In this document: positions 37,067 to 48,350 of the stretch, one piece after another
Numbering within the stretch: position 1 is the first letter of the stretch
Layout of the letters: each line of letters opens with the position of its first letter
Assembly (NCBI GenBank): GCA_032718475.1
Contig: JAUCBJ010000295.1
Location: 1-64,000, forward strand
DNA from: Nemertoderma westbladi
Lineage: Eukaryota > Animalia > Xenacoelomorpha
DNA: 64,000 bases
Reading direction: 5' to 3'
Notes under the pieces: generated by a model
Seen by the model: only the letters and a program-made list of their open reading frames with translations
Database searches by the model: none
What the model was told of the DNA's origin: nothing
Program-made: the position numbers and the translations under genes

Positions 37067-40000
37067 CGATCAACGTGGCCATCCCCATCGCCTGTGCTTC
37101 CAATGGGTTCGATGGATGCTGTATAGTTTCTCCTGTCTGGTGCGTTCCGTCTGTCCTATTTCTTGACTTTCTCTGACTTGGGTATGTCATCAGGGGTAGC
37201 GGCCCCCTCCATATGTCTGTATCACACGACCTATTCTCATCCAAGGGTCTCGTTGTTCTTGCTCCTATCGTGGTATATTGTTGATATTGTGATGGGGGAA
37301 TGTCACCCTGTCCCCCCCCCACCGGTATGTTTGGTACTGGGGTTGATGTTAATATGTTGGGGCCCATGCACCTATCCGCAATGATTCCCCCCTCCCCTGG
37401 GTATATGTTATGTCCCTGCATGCTGTAGTCATACTGCTGTGCTGGTACCGGTATAGGCCTATCAGCTTCTGGCCTACTCGCCGGTATGTATTCCGCGACT
37501 TCCGGGTTTAATCCCGTTGTCCACGCTATCCTATCGCCTACATTGCCTCTCTCAGTATGGCCTATGGTATGTGCAGTAAGGCCTACAGTATGTCCTACAG
37601 TCTGCATGTGTTGTTCGGGATCGAAGTTTATTCTTCTCGAATAATCCTCCCCGCGGCTACCGTATTCTCGATCGATAGGTGTATTCCGTCGGAAAGTTTC
37701 TCTTCGACCCCCCCCTCTACTGTCCTCGTCTTCGTACCGGTACATCGCGTACCCCTCCATCGGCGCGTAGTGCGCCTCGCCGGGTCGCATCTCTCTGGGG
37801 CGACGGCAATCTCCCGGAGTCTGACCCCACTGACTCTCTGTCCTCATCTCAACTACCGACGGCTCGCTATCCGTCCTCGCTCTTCTATCGTTCGCGGCGA
37901 TACCTCTACTACTATCTTCTCTTCTTCTCCTTTCAGTGGAGTATTCCCGCTCGTGAGATCTCTCGTCGACCTCCCGGTTAAACCCCACTGTTCTTCTTCC
38001 CTCTTCTGATCGGGCTCGACGCTTCGTCCGCTCTCTCACGACGTCAACCTGTCTCTCTCTGCTCGGTCGCATGCCGCTGGGGATACTCGCAATCCCCCTA
38101 TTACTTTCCGTCGCCGGTTGTTGCGGTTTACCTATTTTGGCCCTCGCATTATCCGCTGACGGCTGTGGGACACTCTCTGCCCCCCCCCCCTTTCGCTGCT
38201 AACTCGCTGTTGTGGGGCCCCTGTAGCCCCCCCCCCCCCCCCCACTCGCCACATCTAATTTCGCCATCTCTCACCCCGCTACTATATCCCTCTCTAGTCG
38301 ACACATCAACCCTATCACGGTCGGGTCTATTCACCCCCGCCTCTCCCTCTGCTATTACGTGGCCTACCAGGCCCTCTGCACCCTGCCTACCAACTATGTG
38401 GCCTACCAGGCCCTCGCTGGGTCTATTCAACCCAGCCACCCCCTGCCTACCAACTACGTGGCCTACCAGGCCCTCGCTCGGTCTACCTAATCCAGCTACT
38501 CCCTGCCTACTAACTGTGCGGCCTACCAGGCCCTCGCTGGGTCTATTCAACCCAGCCTCTTCCTGCCTACCAACTACGTGGCCTACCAGGCCCTCGCTGG
38601 GTCTACCTAACCCAGCTACTTCCGGCCCACCAACTGTGTGGCCTGCCAGGTCCCCGTTTGCCTGGCTATACACGCCCGACGTGTTTACGTTAATAGCACC
38701 CATATCGGATACAGAATTAATTTGTTCGTTTGAAACAAAATCATTTGAATTACTTTGCACGACTACACTATCTGAATTACTTTGTAAATTCGGGCTTGGA
38801 TCATTAATTAAATTATTTGAATTATTATTATTTTGATTATTTGGATTATTTTGAGTAGCTACATTAATATTAGGATTATTTTCTACATTAATATTAAGAT
38901 TGTTCTGATTTAAATTTAAATTACTACCACTAGGCAAAGTATTTCCTGCAATAAAGGTTTGATTAGAGTTATCCCATACGGTACTATTAATATTAACCAC
39001 GTCTACTGTATCATTATCATTGTTACCCCCCCCCCCCCCGCCCGTACGGTCACACCAGTTTTGGGTCTGCCGTGCGGTCCCTGTAAGTGGGGTATTAATA
39101 AATGTATCCACGGCCCCTGGCTCCCCTAGAATACTCGAGCCAGTCCCGCCCTCAGACGCCCCCGCCCGCACCAGTTGCAGCTTGTGCGCGCGTCTAACCC
39201 TATGTTCCCCAAGCTCACTTTGGCGTCTCTTTAATTCCTCATGGTCTCACTCGGCTCCTGCCATTCTCCTCTCACACTCCCGCGCGTCCCGCTCAGCCAA
39301 TTCTACTACTTTCCTAGCACTCTCCCTTCGCCTCGCTTCACGCTCCTTACGTTCACTTTCCTTTCTCGCCTCATGCTCCTTGCGTTCCGCCTCACGCTCT
39401 TTGCGTTCCTTTTCCTCCCTTGCCTCACGCTCCTTGCGTTCCCTTTCTTCCCTTGCCTCACGCTCCTTGCGTTCCCTTTCTTCTCTCGTCTCATGCTCCT
39501 TGCGTTCCGCCTCGCGCTCTTTGCGTTCCCTTTCCTCTCTCGCCTCACGTTCCCTACACTTCTTTTCCTCTATTTCCTCACACTCCCTAAGGCCTCTCAA
39601 AGCCCTTTCGGCCCTCTCTCCGGTTTCTCTAATCAATGCCGCTTCCCTCTCTAGCCGCATTCTCCCCTCCTCTAGCCGTTTATCCATTTCTCTCTGACCT
39701 TGCTCTATCAGCTCGAGACGGTACGCGGCACCTGCCTCTCTCACCAGTCTTTCTTTCGCGGAGGATGTAGCAGACTTATCGGTTACGACGGACTCCCTCC
39801 GCCTTCCCGATCTACTAACTTTCCCCCCTCTCCCGGAACTCCCTCCGACCGACGAGGCCGAATCCTCGGGGTTAACCTCGGATTCGCCCCCTTCAGGTCT
39901 GTTCCAACCCATTAATTTTATACCCCGGGCATCGATTAAATATGGCCCTATGTACACTACACTAGGTTGTATACCCCCATGCCGCCATGAGTCATACAGT

Positions 40001-40564
40001 TCCTCGGCAACCTTTCTCGCTCTCTCCTCGGCCAATTCTCTCTGCCCGAAACGCATTAGATAGTATAAATGTCTGTCCGACTTACCTAGCCCTGACTTCA
40101 GTTTTACCTCGTCTATCGTTTTCCCCTTTCTGGCCCTCCTCTAGTAGTCTCCGGGTCGCGTTGTAGGCCCGTCGAAGTCGCTCAGAAACCCCGACGTCCT
40201 CGTCGCCGACCCATCGTCCGTCTCTCCGGGTTCGACGTCGTACCTGCGGCCCCACCGTCGCCGTTTCGGCGGGCCGTCCGTCGCCCTCGGCCTGTGGCTG
40301 GCCGGCGACACCGGTGCGTCGACCCTCGTCCCGTGTCGACTCGTCTCCTTCTCCCTCGAGCCCGTTCTCTCTATCCTCCGACTCGATTCCCCCTCCTCTC
40401 GACTCGGCTTCTGACTCCAGACGGTCTCCCTCATCTTGAACTTCCGGGTCGCCCGTTATCGATGGCTCCGGCGTCGTGGGCCTATACCGCCTGGTCGTGG
40501 CCTCGCGGATCGTTTGTTCTTCGTCCGGGGTCCACGTCGGTGTTATTTCCCCCGACTGACTCAT
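37067..40564 (-). pseudogene. Long low-complexity N-terminal extension of element 1 gag, disrupted
   Basis: Consecutive minus-strand ORFs joined by one in-frame TGA (39247-39249) and frameshifts; E/R coiled coil, Asn-rich segment, 20-aa repeats. Confidence 0.7.
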
Positions 40565-40631
40565 CTTTCTTCTGCAGATTTGGTGGCTGGTGGTTACTGA
40601 GTTTGTCTAGGGCGGCAGCTGGTTTAGTTAC

Positions 40632-41176
40632 TGTGACGGGATCCAAGAGGGATCCCGGTTTATCCGGTTTTAGTTCACGCGTCCCCGCCGTGTATAAAGG
40701 GTGAATGAGTTCGTGCTGTTTGTCGTATATAATATGATATGCAGATATAGATATGGATATAGATATGAGATAATATTGTCGTATACGGAAGGCGGGATAC
40801 GGTAACTAAAGTCCCGGTCCTTCCCTAGCTAAACTATTGTAACCTAATCTAGCACCGGTATTGCACTGAGATAACTGAACTGGTATGATTACTGCCAAGT
40901 GGCTATATTGCACGGTTGGCCTTGTTACTCTACCTAATCGATGCCTTTCCCCCCTCTGATTGGTTGATACCCTTGTTGGCGCCCTTTGGAGTGTTCCCGT
41001 TCACTCCACCTATTCTCTCTGGGTTAGGGGTTTGGCCCCTGACCCTCATTGTGTGCTTCTCCTTCCCATTCTTATTGGGATGGCACGAGTTGGTTAATTA
41101 CCCAATCTCGTGGCTCCCAATATTGCTTATCGGCTTATAACTTTATGGGGTGTTAGCGGGATTGAATAAGCTAACA
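40632..41176 (-). repeat. 5' LTR of element 1
   Basis: 545-bp direct repeat of 27028-27572, followed by TSD TTTAT. Confidence 0.97.
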
Positions 41177-43235
41177 TTTATCCACCTATTTTATACATGT
41201 GTGCAAAACATCATTTAATAATTTGGATAAAATCCAGTCTCCTAAATAAGGGGATACAATTTTTTAGTTAATTAGTGACCCCCCCCCCCCCCCCCCCCCC
41301 CCTTAACTTATACTCGCCATATCTTATCATACAATATAATAAAACAAGATTAAGAGACTGATAACGGACAGTTGATAGACGCATAGATTTCTAGTCATAT
41401 TTGCAGTGATACGGATTTCAAATAAAAAAAGCACTGCAAATTTAATGTAGCCGTAGCCCTATAGGTTTTACTGCGACGGACTGACAAACGGACAAACAAT
41501 GGACAAATGGGACATTTCATATGACCGAAATACTGTAGTTGCATTGATATACAGTAGAAATTGGAGAGAAACAAAATCAAAATCCGATCCAAAACTGATA
41601 TAAAACCCATAGCGATCTCATTTTGGAATACGACATTTACTGTAGTGGATAACTTGTACTGGAACCAGCTACAGTGCAGTACTGTACAGAGATGCATCCT
41701 AGATGGTGAGAGCATACCATGACGCAAAATCCGAAATGCGATACATTTAACATCGTTGAACAAAATGAAGTTAACAAATTGAGCTCCAGCGCGCATGCCG
41801 CAATTTAAACAATGTGTCACGGTGCTCAAAAAACGCATAGGGGGGGCCTAATGTGTCAAAAACTAGGGAATGTATAGTTCGTTATAAACTGTGAATTTTA
41901 TAACTACTGTACAGTAGGCCTATAAAAACGAAAATCGCTTAATGCTAATGCAATGATCTATGGCAACAAAGCACGTAGATAATCAATAAATAATTATCTT
42001 ATACCCTACAATTTGACGTCATGTTAACAAAATATTATGTAATTATCGTAACTGCAGGTTAGCTACAGTATAAAACAATTTGTTTAAGTAGGATGACTTT
42101 CTACAATTAATACATATCATTATTGTTACTGTACACGACTTCCATAACAAAAAATGGCAGCCATTAATTACAAATGGAAAAATTTGCACAACAAATTTAT
42201 CCCCCGCACTGGGAACGAGGAATACGGTTGGTTTTGGCGAGAAGAGCACCCATGGGATGTAGAAAGATTAGAGGATCGAACGGCTATATCATTGTACAAC
42301 TCTCGCGTCCGACAGTTCGACAGTAAGGGTTCGCTGCGTCAATCCGGGGTACAGCAATGTGACAAAAAAAGAAGCTAAACAAATCGACAAGTTGGTTAAA
42401 TTTGCTGATGATAAAACGGCCGGTCAAGAATCTCCGACCGCAATGGATAAACGTACCGGACTTCCGGGAAATCTGCCGCACGCGCGAGATGATCCCGGTA
42501 GCGCAGACCCTTCCGGGGGGATGACTTTAGACGCTTCATCAGCGCGAAGGAGAATCGTAAGGTCCACTACACGCCGTTAAGCTACGCAACCGTCACGCTG
42601 CCACACCCACCGCCCAAACCGTTGTGTAGGTGCGAGGTGCCACGAATGTGTGTGTGGTGCACCTCCACGCGGTACGAAATGGAACGCAACGCCAAGAAGC
42701 CAAGAGAGACTCTCGCGGAAAATTGTTTAAGTTACAAATATACAAGATGACCAAAACTATTCAAAAATATATATAATATTATAATATTTATAAAGTAAAA
42801 CTTTACTGATTCTGCTAATATATTGGCATGAGGGCCTACTGTGCCTTGTTAATGTAGGGCCTACTTACCACACACCTATTTTCCCCTAATACTCCCCTAA
42901 TACAACAACCATTTTAAGCAATAAGCAAGCTAATTGTTGCATTACGGCTAATCTATTGTCTTGGTTTTACATAGGGAATCATTATCAATATTATTCTATG
43001 GTGTTTACGTGCAGATGAGAAGGTTCGACAATTTTTATGTAATAATGTTTTACAGCATGGGAGTATCCAGGGGGGGGGGGGGGGGGGGGGGGGATTTAAC
43101 TAAAAAAACTTAATTTATTAATTACTGTAATATTATTGCTGTATTGAGTAACGGTCCCACAGTACACAGTTTGTGGAATTTACTGCAGTAAGTTCTATAG
43201 AGGTCTTTAAATACCACAGTTTAAATAAATTAGTT

Positions 43236-43280
43236 ATTACCGACAGCCGTTTCACCCTCACGGGCTTCTTCAGGGGTAAT
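43236..43280 (-). ncRNA. Minimal type I hammerhead ribozyme motif
   Basis: Minus strand AUUACCC-CUGAAGA-AGCCC GUGA GGGU-GAAA-C GGCU GUC-GGUAAU. Confidence 0.65.
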
Positions 43281-43535
43281 CCTATATGTTATGTTGGACA
43301 ATACCTTTATACCGGTACATTGTTTGGTGTATTTTGTTATTGTTTTTACATAATGTATAAATAAATCTTTATCTATCTATATTGAATCGAAAATGATATT
43401 GCCTATTGGAATTCCAGAAGGTGTTGCTGAGGCTCCCATCAATATCACCATTCGAATCAATTGTGTGTGTCATTCAATACAATCGTGCAGCTCTAAGCGT
43501 TGCAGCTGCTCTTCTGCAACCACAATCGCACAATG

Positions 43536-44009
43536 ATGGATATGAGTGATAAACTAATAGATACAGTCGATCTAGATAGTAACAGCGATGGATATGAGTG
43601 ATAAACTAATAAATACAGTCGATCTAGATAGTAACAGCGATGGATATGAGTGATAAACTAATAGATACAGTCGATCTAGATAGTAACAGCGATGGATATG
43701 AGTGATAAACTAATAGCTGATACAGTCGATCTAGATAGTAACAGCGATGGATATGAGTGATAAACTAATAGATACAGTCGATCTAGATAGTAACAGCGAT
43801 GGATATGAGTGATAAACTAATAGATACAGTCGATCTAGATAGTAACAGCGATGGATATGAGTGATAAACTAATAGATACAGTCGATCTAGATAGTAACAG
43901 CGATGGATATGAGTGATAAACTAATAGATACAGTCGATCTAGATAGTAACAGCGATGGATATGAGTGATAAACTAATAGATACAGTCGATCTAGATAGTA
44001 ACAGCGATG
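43536..44009. repeat. 52-bp minisatellite (~9 copies)
   Basis: Unit GATGGATATGAGTGATAAACTAATAGATACAGTCGATCTAGATAGTAACAGC. Confidence 0.95.
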
Positions 44010-44469
44010 ATTCAGAAATTGAGTGAAACGATATTTACTAAAAAATAGATTACTTAATTTTTCCACACCTATGAAGTACAATCAGGGCTGGATTTAGAAT
44101 GGTGGGTGGCCTAGGGCCGGGTCAGTGGTTGGGGGGCCTGGGCTCTACTGTATGGGGTTTGCACAAACGGCGCCGAGCACTTCTCACAGACTAAAGTATA
44201 CTATACTGAAAGACACATTTTCTCTCGTTTTCATTACCCTAAATTTTCAATCAATTTATCGCAAATACCTATCAAAGAAACCAGAATGCAGTTGTAAATG
44301 TATTAGTAGGGATGTGAGGCAGGAAATATTTGGAAATTTCATATATTTTTTTTTTCCGGAAATTTCCTATTTTATTAATTATTTTATTTAGCACATACTG
44401 AAAACATAAAGTACGGTACAGTATAACACAAGTATAGTAAACAATAGAAACCTGCTTAGATGTGTTTAG

Positions 44470-45700
44470 GTGGTTCGTTCTCTTGGCTCTTGTGGTCGTA
44501 ACTACGGATGGAGCCAATAATATGTCATGAAGACCAAATATGCTTTTGTCGAAAATACCTTTTTGGCTCCTGGACTAATACATGAGCCACTTATTCGTTG
44601 TCGCCTGAATATAATTAAAGACCTTATTTTTAGCTATGATCTCAAACTTTCTCTTAAATGGATAGTGATAAGAATAAAGCAGATATCCTTAACCGTCTTC
44701 CAAAGTCATGGTTAAATAAACCTCAGCTTTGGAATAATAATGATGATAATGACAATACTGAGGATATTATTGCTTGTGCAATAGATGCTGATGGAATTTC
44801 CAATAATGTGTCAATACCTGATGATAATGATAACAATAGTGTTGAAGAAATTGAATATGCACCAAGTTACGGACTATCTTTACAGGACATTGCTGATGCC
44901 CAATTGATGTGATGAAAATATATAATTATATTTGTAACCACATGTCCACACAGTGTATGGACATGCTAATTGACAGACTATGTGGCATATCATTATAGAA
45001 TGTCATTATTTTTGTAATATGGCTACTTCTTGTCAAGGGTTTGTAAATGATTGTATCAGTTGCGTTGCAGCTCGTACAGCTAATGCCTCATTCTTGTGTC
45101 CCAAGTACTCAAACTGATTTCCAATGGTTCTTGGAATGTTGTTTTTTATGAACACTTTAGCTATATCTGGCAGCGCTACTTGTATTGGATTACTTATATT
45201 ATTTGACTGTTTTACGAAATGGATGGAAATTCGTCGTTTAGTGAATTATAAGGCAATTTCCACTGCAAATGCCTTTATAGACATAATATGCTATAATTGG
45301 GGAACACCTTCATTTATTCGTTCAGATACTGGTCGAGAACTTATGAATTCATTAGCTTAATGCTGTATATGAAAAGTTCGGTGATAAACCTCAATGGGGC
45401 GCAACCAGACACCCACAAAGTCAAGGCTCAGTTGAAAGATTCCATAGAACTTTATTGACGATGATTAGAAAAACAGTTACTGAAGCAGATGACTGGGAAA
45501 CATCACTCAATGCAATGCTTTTTTCATACCGTATGAGTCCTACTTCCACTTCTATTTCACCAATGTTAGCTATGTGTGGATGGGAGCCTAAGCATGGATT
45601 TAATGTTGGCGGCATGTTAATATAGATTCCTGGATTTCCCGTCAGGACCATCAGCGTGCTGAACTAAATGATTACATTGAAGAAGAATTATCCAAACTTG
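44470..45700 (+). pseudogene. Decayed Ty3/Gypsy pol remnant (RNase H end and integrase)
   Basis: NKADILNRLP, DCFTKWME, WGTPSFIRSDTGRE, HPQSQGSVERFHRTL in broken frames; boundaries approximate. Confidence 0.8.
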
Positions 45701-45987
45701 ACAATATTGATGCACTCACAACTCTACCTACCAAGTGATCGCAAATTTGTTATTTTCAACAATTTGGTGCTGACGCAAAAATTGTCACCCATTGTCGAAA
45801 ATTACAAGTTTCAAAATTATTATGCAATTTTTACATATTCTATAATAGTTATTCTTTGAGGCATGGTTGCCATTTCTGGCAGAGCACGGGAATAACGAAG
45901 TTGTACTTTCCTTTGAGTGATTAGTTGGCCTGAATATGATCTCCCACTCTATAGTGAAATATTCATACGGTCTGGTAGCTCAGTACA

Positions 45988-46039
45988 CTCACCCGGCTGA
46001 TGATAACCAGAAGTTTGAAACCTAGGTACCGGGTTCGAG
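45988..46039 (+). ncRNA. Type I hammerhead ribozyme, copy 1 (core intact)
   Basis: ACCCGG-CUGAUGA-UAACCAGAAGUUU-GAAA-CCUAG-GUA-CCGGGU; predicted cleavage after 46028. Confidence 0.8.
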
Positions 46040-46353
46040 CCCCAATAGGGCCGGTTGATATTTTTCGCTATGGAGAGCATTATCATATTGTCTTATTTAT
46101 TGTATATTTAATACACCGCGTCACTCACCCCACAGCAATTCACTTATTATTATTAATTAATAGCCTGGGCCAGGCATACGGGGTTACAGTGGTTTCTACA
46201 ACACTGTAGGGTAGTTATTCTTTGAGGCATGGTTGCCATTTCTGGCAGAGCACGGGAATAACGAAGTTGTACTTTCCTTTGAGTGATTAGTTGGCCTAAA
46301 TATGATCTCCCACTCCATAGTGAAATATTCATCCGGTCTGGTAGCTCAGTACA

Positions 46354-46405
46354 CTCACCCGGCTGATGATAACCAGCAGTTTGAAACATAGGTAGCGGGT
46401 TCGAG
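46354..46405 (+). ncRNA. Type I hammerhead ribozyme, copy 2 (helix I and III changes)
   Basis: Core retained; loop CAUAG; first helix I pair mismatched (GCGGGU). Confidence 0.6.
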
Positions 46406-46721
46406 CCCCAATAGGGCCGGTTGATAGTTTTCGCTATGGACAGCATTATCATATTGTCTTATTTACATTGTATGTTTAATACACCGCGTCACTCACCCCA
46501 CAACAATTCACTTTTTATTATTAATTAACAACCTTGGCCAAGCATACGGGGTTACAGTGGTTTCTACAACACTGTATAATAGTTATTCTTTGAGGCATGG
46601 TTGCCATTTCTGGCAGAGCACGGGAATAACGAAGTTGTACTTTCCTTTGAGTGATTAGTTGGCCTAAATATGATCTCCCACTCAATAGTGAAATATCCAT
46701 ACGGTCTGGTAGCTCAGTACA

Positions 46722-46773
46722 CTCACCCGGCTGATGATAACCAGAAGTTTGAACCCTAGGTACCGGGTTCGAG
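46722..46773 (+). ncRNA. Type I hammerhead ribozyme, copy 3 (GAAA changed to GAAC)
   Basis: As copy 1 but one conserved core A substituted; probably impaired. Confidence 0.55.
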
Positions 46774-47123
46774 CCCCAATAGGGCCGGTTGAAATTTTTC
46801 GCTATGGAGGGCATTTTCTCATCATATTGTCTTTTTTACATTGTATATTTAAAGCTAAAATGGACCCTCCACCTAATATATATACATTGTCAACCCAATC
46901 TACGTGAGTGATAGAGGTGAATTCAGTGCATTGCAAGGCCAATCAGCTATTGGCTAGTTTATTATCTGATTGGGCTTAAGCAATGCTCTTAATCTCTTGG
47001 TGAAAGCGATGTAGGCCTATAATAAATGATTGCAGATTGGAATCGGGTTTTGAGAGAGAGGGCTGTTGCGCTGTCAGTCAGAGAGGTAACAGCCCGTGGG
47101 GTAAGGATTTACCTCTGGGACCT

Positions 47124-48324
47124 TGTACGCGCTTTTGAAGACCTTTAGCAGTTTAACCTGCCAAAATTTATATGTCTTTGGTTTATGTTCAGACTTTAGA
47201 AGATGACAAATATTTAATGCCAATAAACACAACATTAGCCGAAGCCAGCCTAGTGCGCGTCCATTCACCCGCTGGATATTCCCGGGAGACTGGGTTCGGA
47301 TGGGGCTTAGTTTTTGTTATTGCAGTGAAGCCTACTGTATTATTCGATTGATCGTTAATAAATAATTTCTGACAAATATTATTCACTTTCGGGAAATATT
47401 AACAGTTCCTTTAGGACGTGGCGCTCTACCTAAGTAAACAGAGTTATGACTTATACTACACGCAACGGTAAGGCTTATAATTCACGTATAAGGCGCATTC
47501 TTTAGGAAATGCTTTGTTATCGGTCACAATCATGCACACTACCGGTACCGCACAATACTGCACACTAATCTGCCGACCGTCAATGAATTTGATCACACAT
47601 AAAGAGAACAGCAATTGACCTATGTAGTGTCTATCAAATAGCATTAGGTTCACTACAAACCACGATAACATAAGTCGCAATTGTTATATATATAGCCTGT
47701 CTCTCTAACCTGTAGTGTATCAAGAAAATTGGGAAATTTGGGTTCTTTATAGATGTTCTCCAAATAATAATATTCAACCAACTGATAAACACAACAGTAA
47801 ATAGCATTAAGACGGTAGGTTAAGATATAATATGATTAGACTGTATGCTGATTGGGTCGATAACAGTTATACGTTCTATAATCTAAGCCTACTAATGTTT
47901 TACTAAAAGTCTGAAACAAGTCATTCCAAAAGCCGACGTTCTGGCGTAGGAGGAATAACAACACACACTGTCCTCTGTCCCTGTTGCAGGTATCTTTTAC
48001 ACAGAGAGGAATAGCTCTCATTGGCAGAACACCAGAATCCACAGGTTCCACGAATGTCTAAATGCCGAACTATCAGGATTTTGGCATCCCTTGGCCAGCA
48101 CACAAAATGAGTCACTCCGCTCGGTTGTCCTGGTTGCATACTCTGCTGCTATAGCTCTGGTTGGCCGATAGAACATAGCAAAGAGCCCCTCGTACAGCAA
48201 ATCAGCCAATCAGCCGGTCACTTGTATCATTCGAGTTAGTGAGCCTTTTAGAGTATTCCAGCGCCTGGGGGGAAACTGGATTGCAAAGCAAAAGGGCCAG
48301 TTATATCCCACAGAAGCTTTTACA
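47124..48324 (-). repeat. 3' LTR of element 2
   Basis: Direct repeat of 58095-59295; four substitutions seen by eye. Confidence 0.95.
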
Positions 48325-48350
48325 CCGCTCCCAGAAAATGGGATTTAAGT

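Larger units (their letters stand above)
27028..41176 (-). mobile_element. Full-length Bel/Pao LTR retrotransposon, element 1 (14.1 kb)
   Basis: 545-bp TG..CA LTRs, 5-bp TSD TTTAT, PPT, gag-PR-RT-RH-IN order with Pao-type motifs. Confidence 0.97.
45841..46852 (+). mobile_element. Retrozyme-like tandem repeat: ~2.75 copies of a ~366-bp unit, each with a hammerhead motif and Pol III A/B-like boxes
   Basis: Repeat offsets 366 and 368 bp; TAGCTCAGT and GGTTCGAGCC flank a CUGAUGA...GAAA...GUA core. Confidence 0.8.

Noticed and set aside
32108-39915. Plus-strand ORFs over element 1 gag-pol
   Set aside because: Antisense shadows of the real minus-strand coding frames with no independent motifs
45969-46053. 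tRNA genes in the 366-bp repeat
   Set aside because: A/B-like boxes are present but there is no cloverleaf or anticodon arm; the interior folds as a hammerhead
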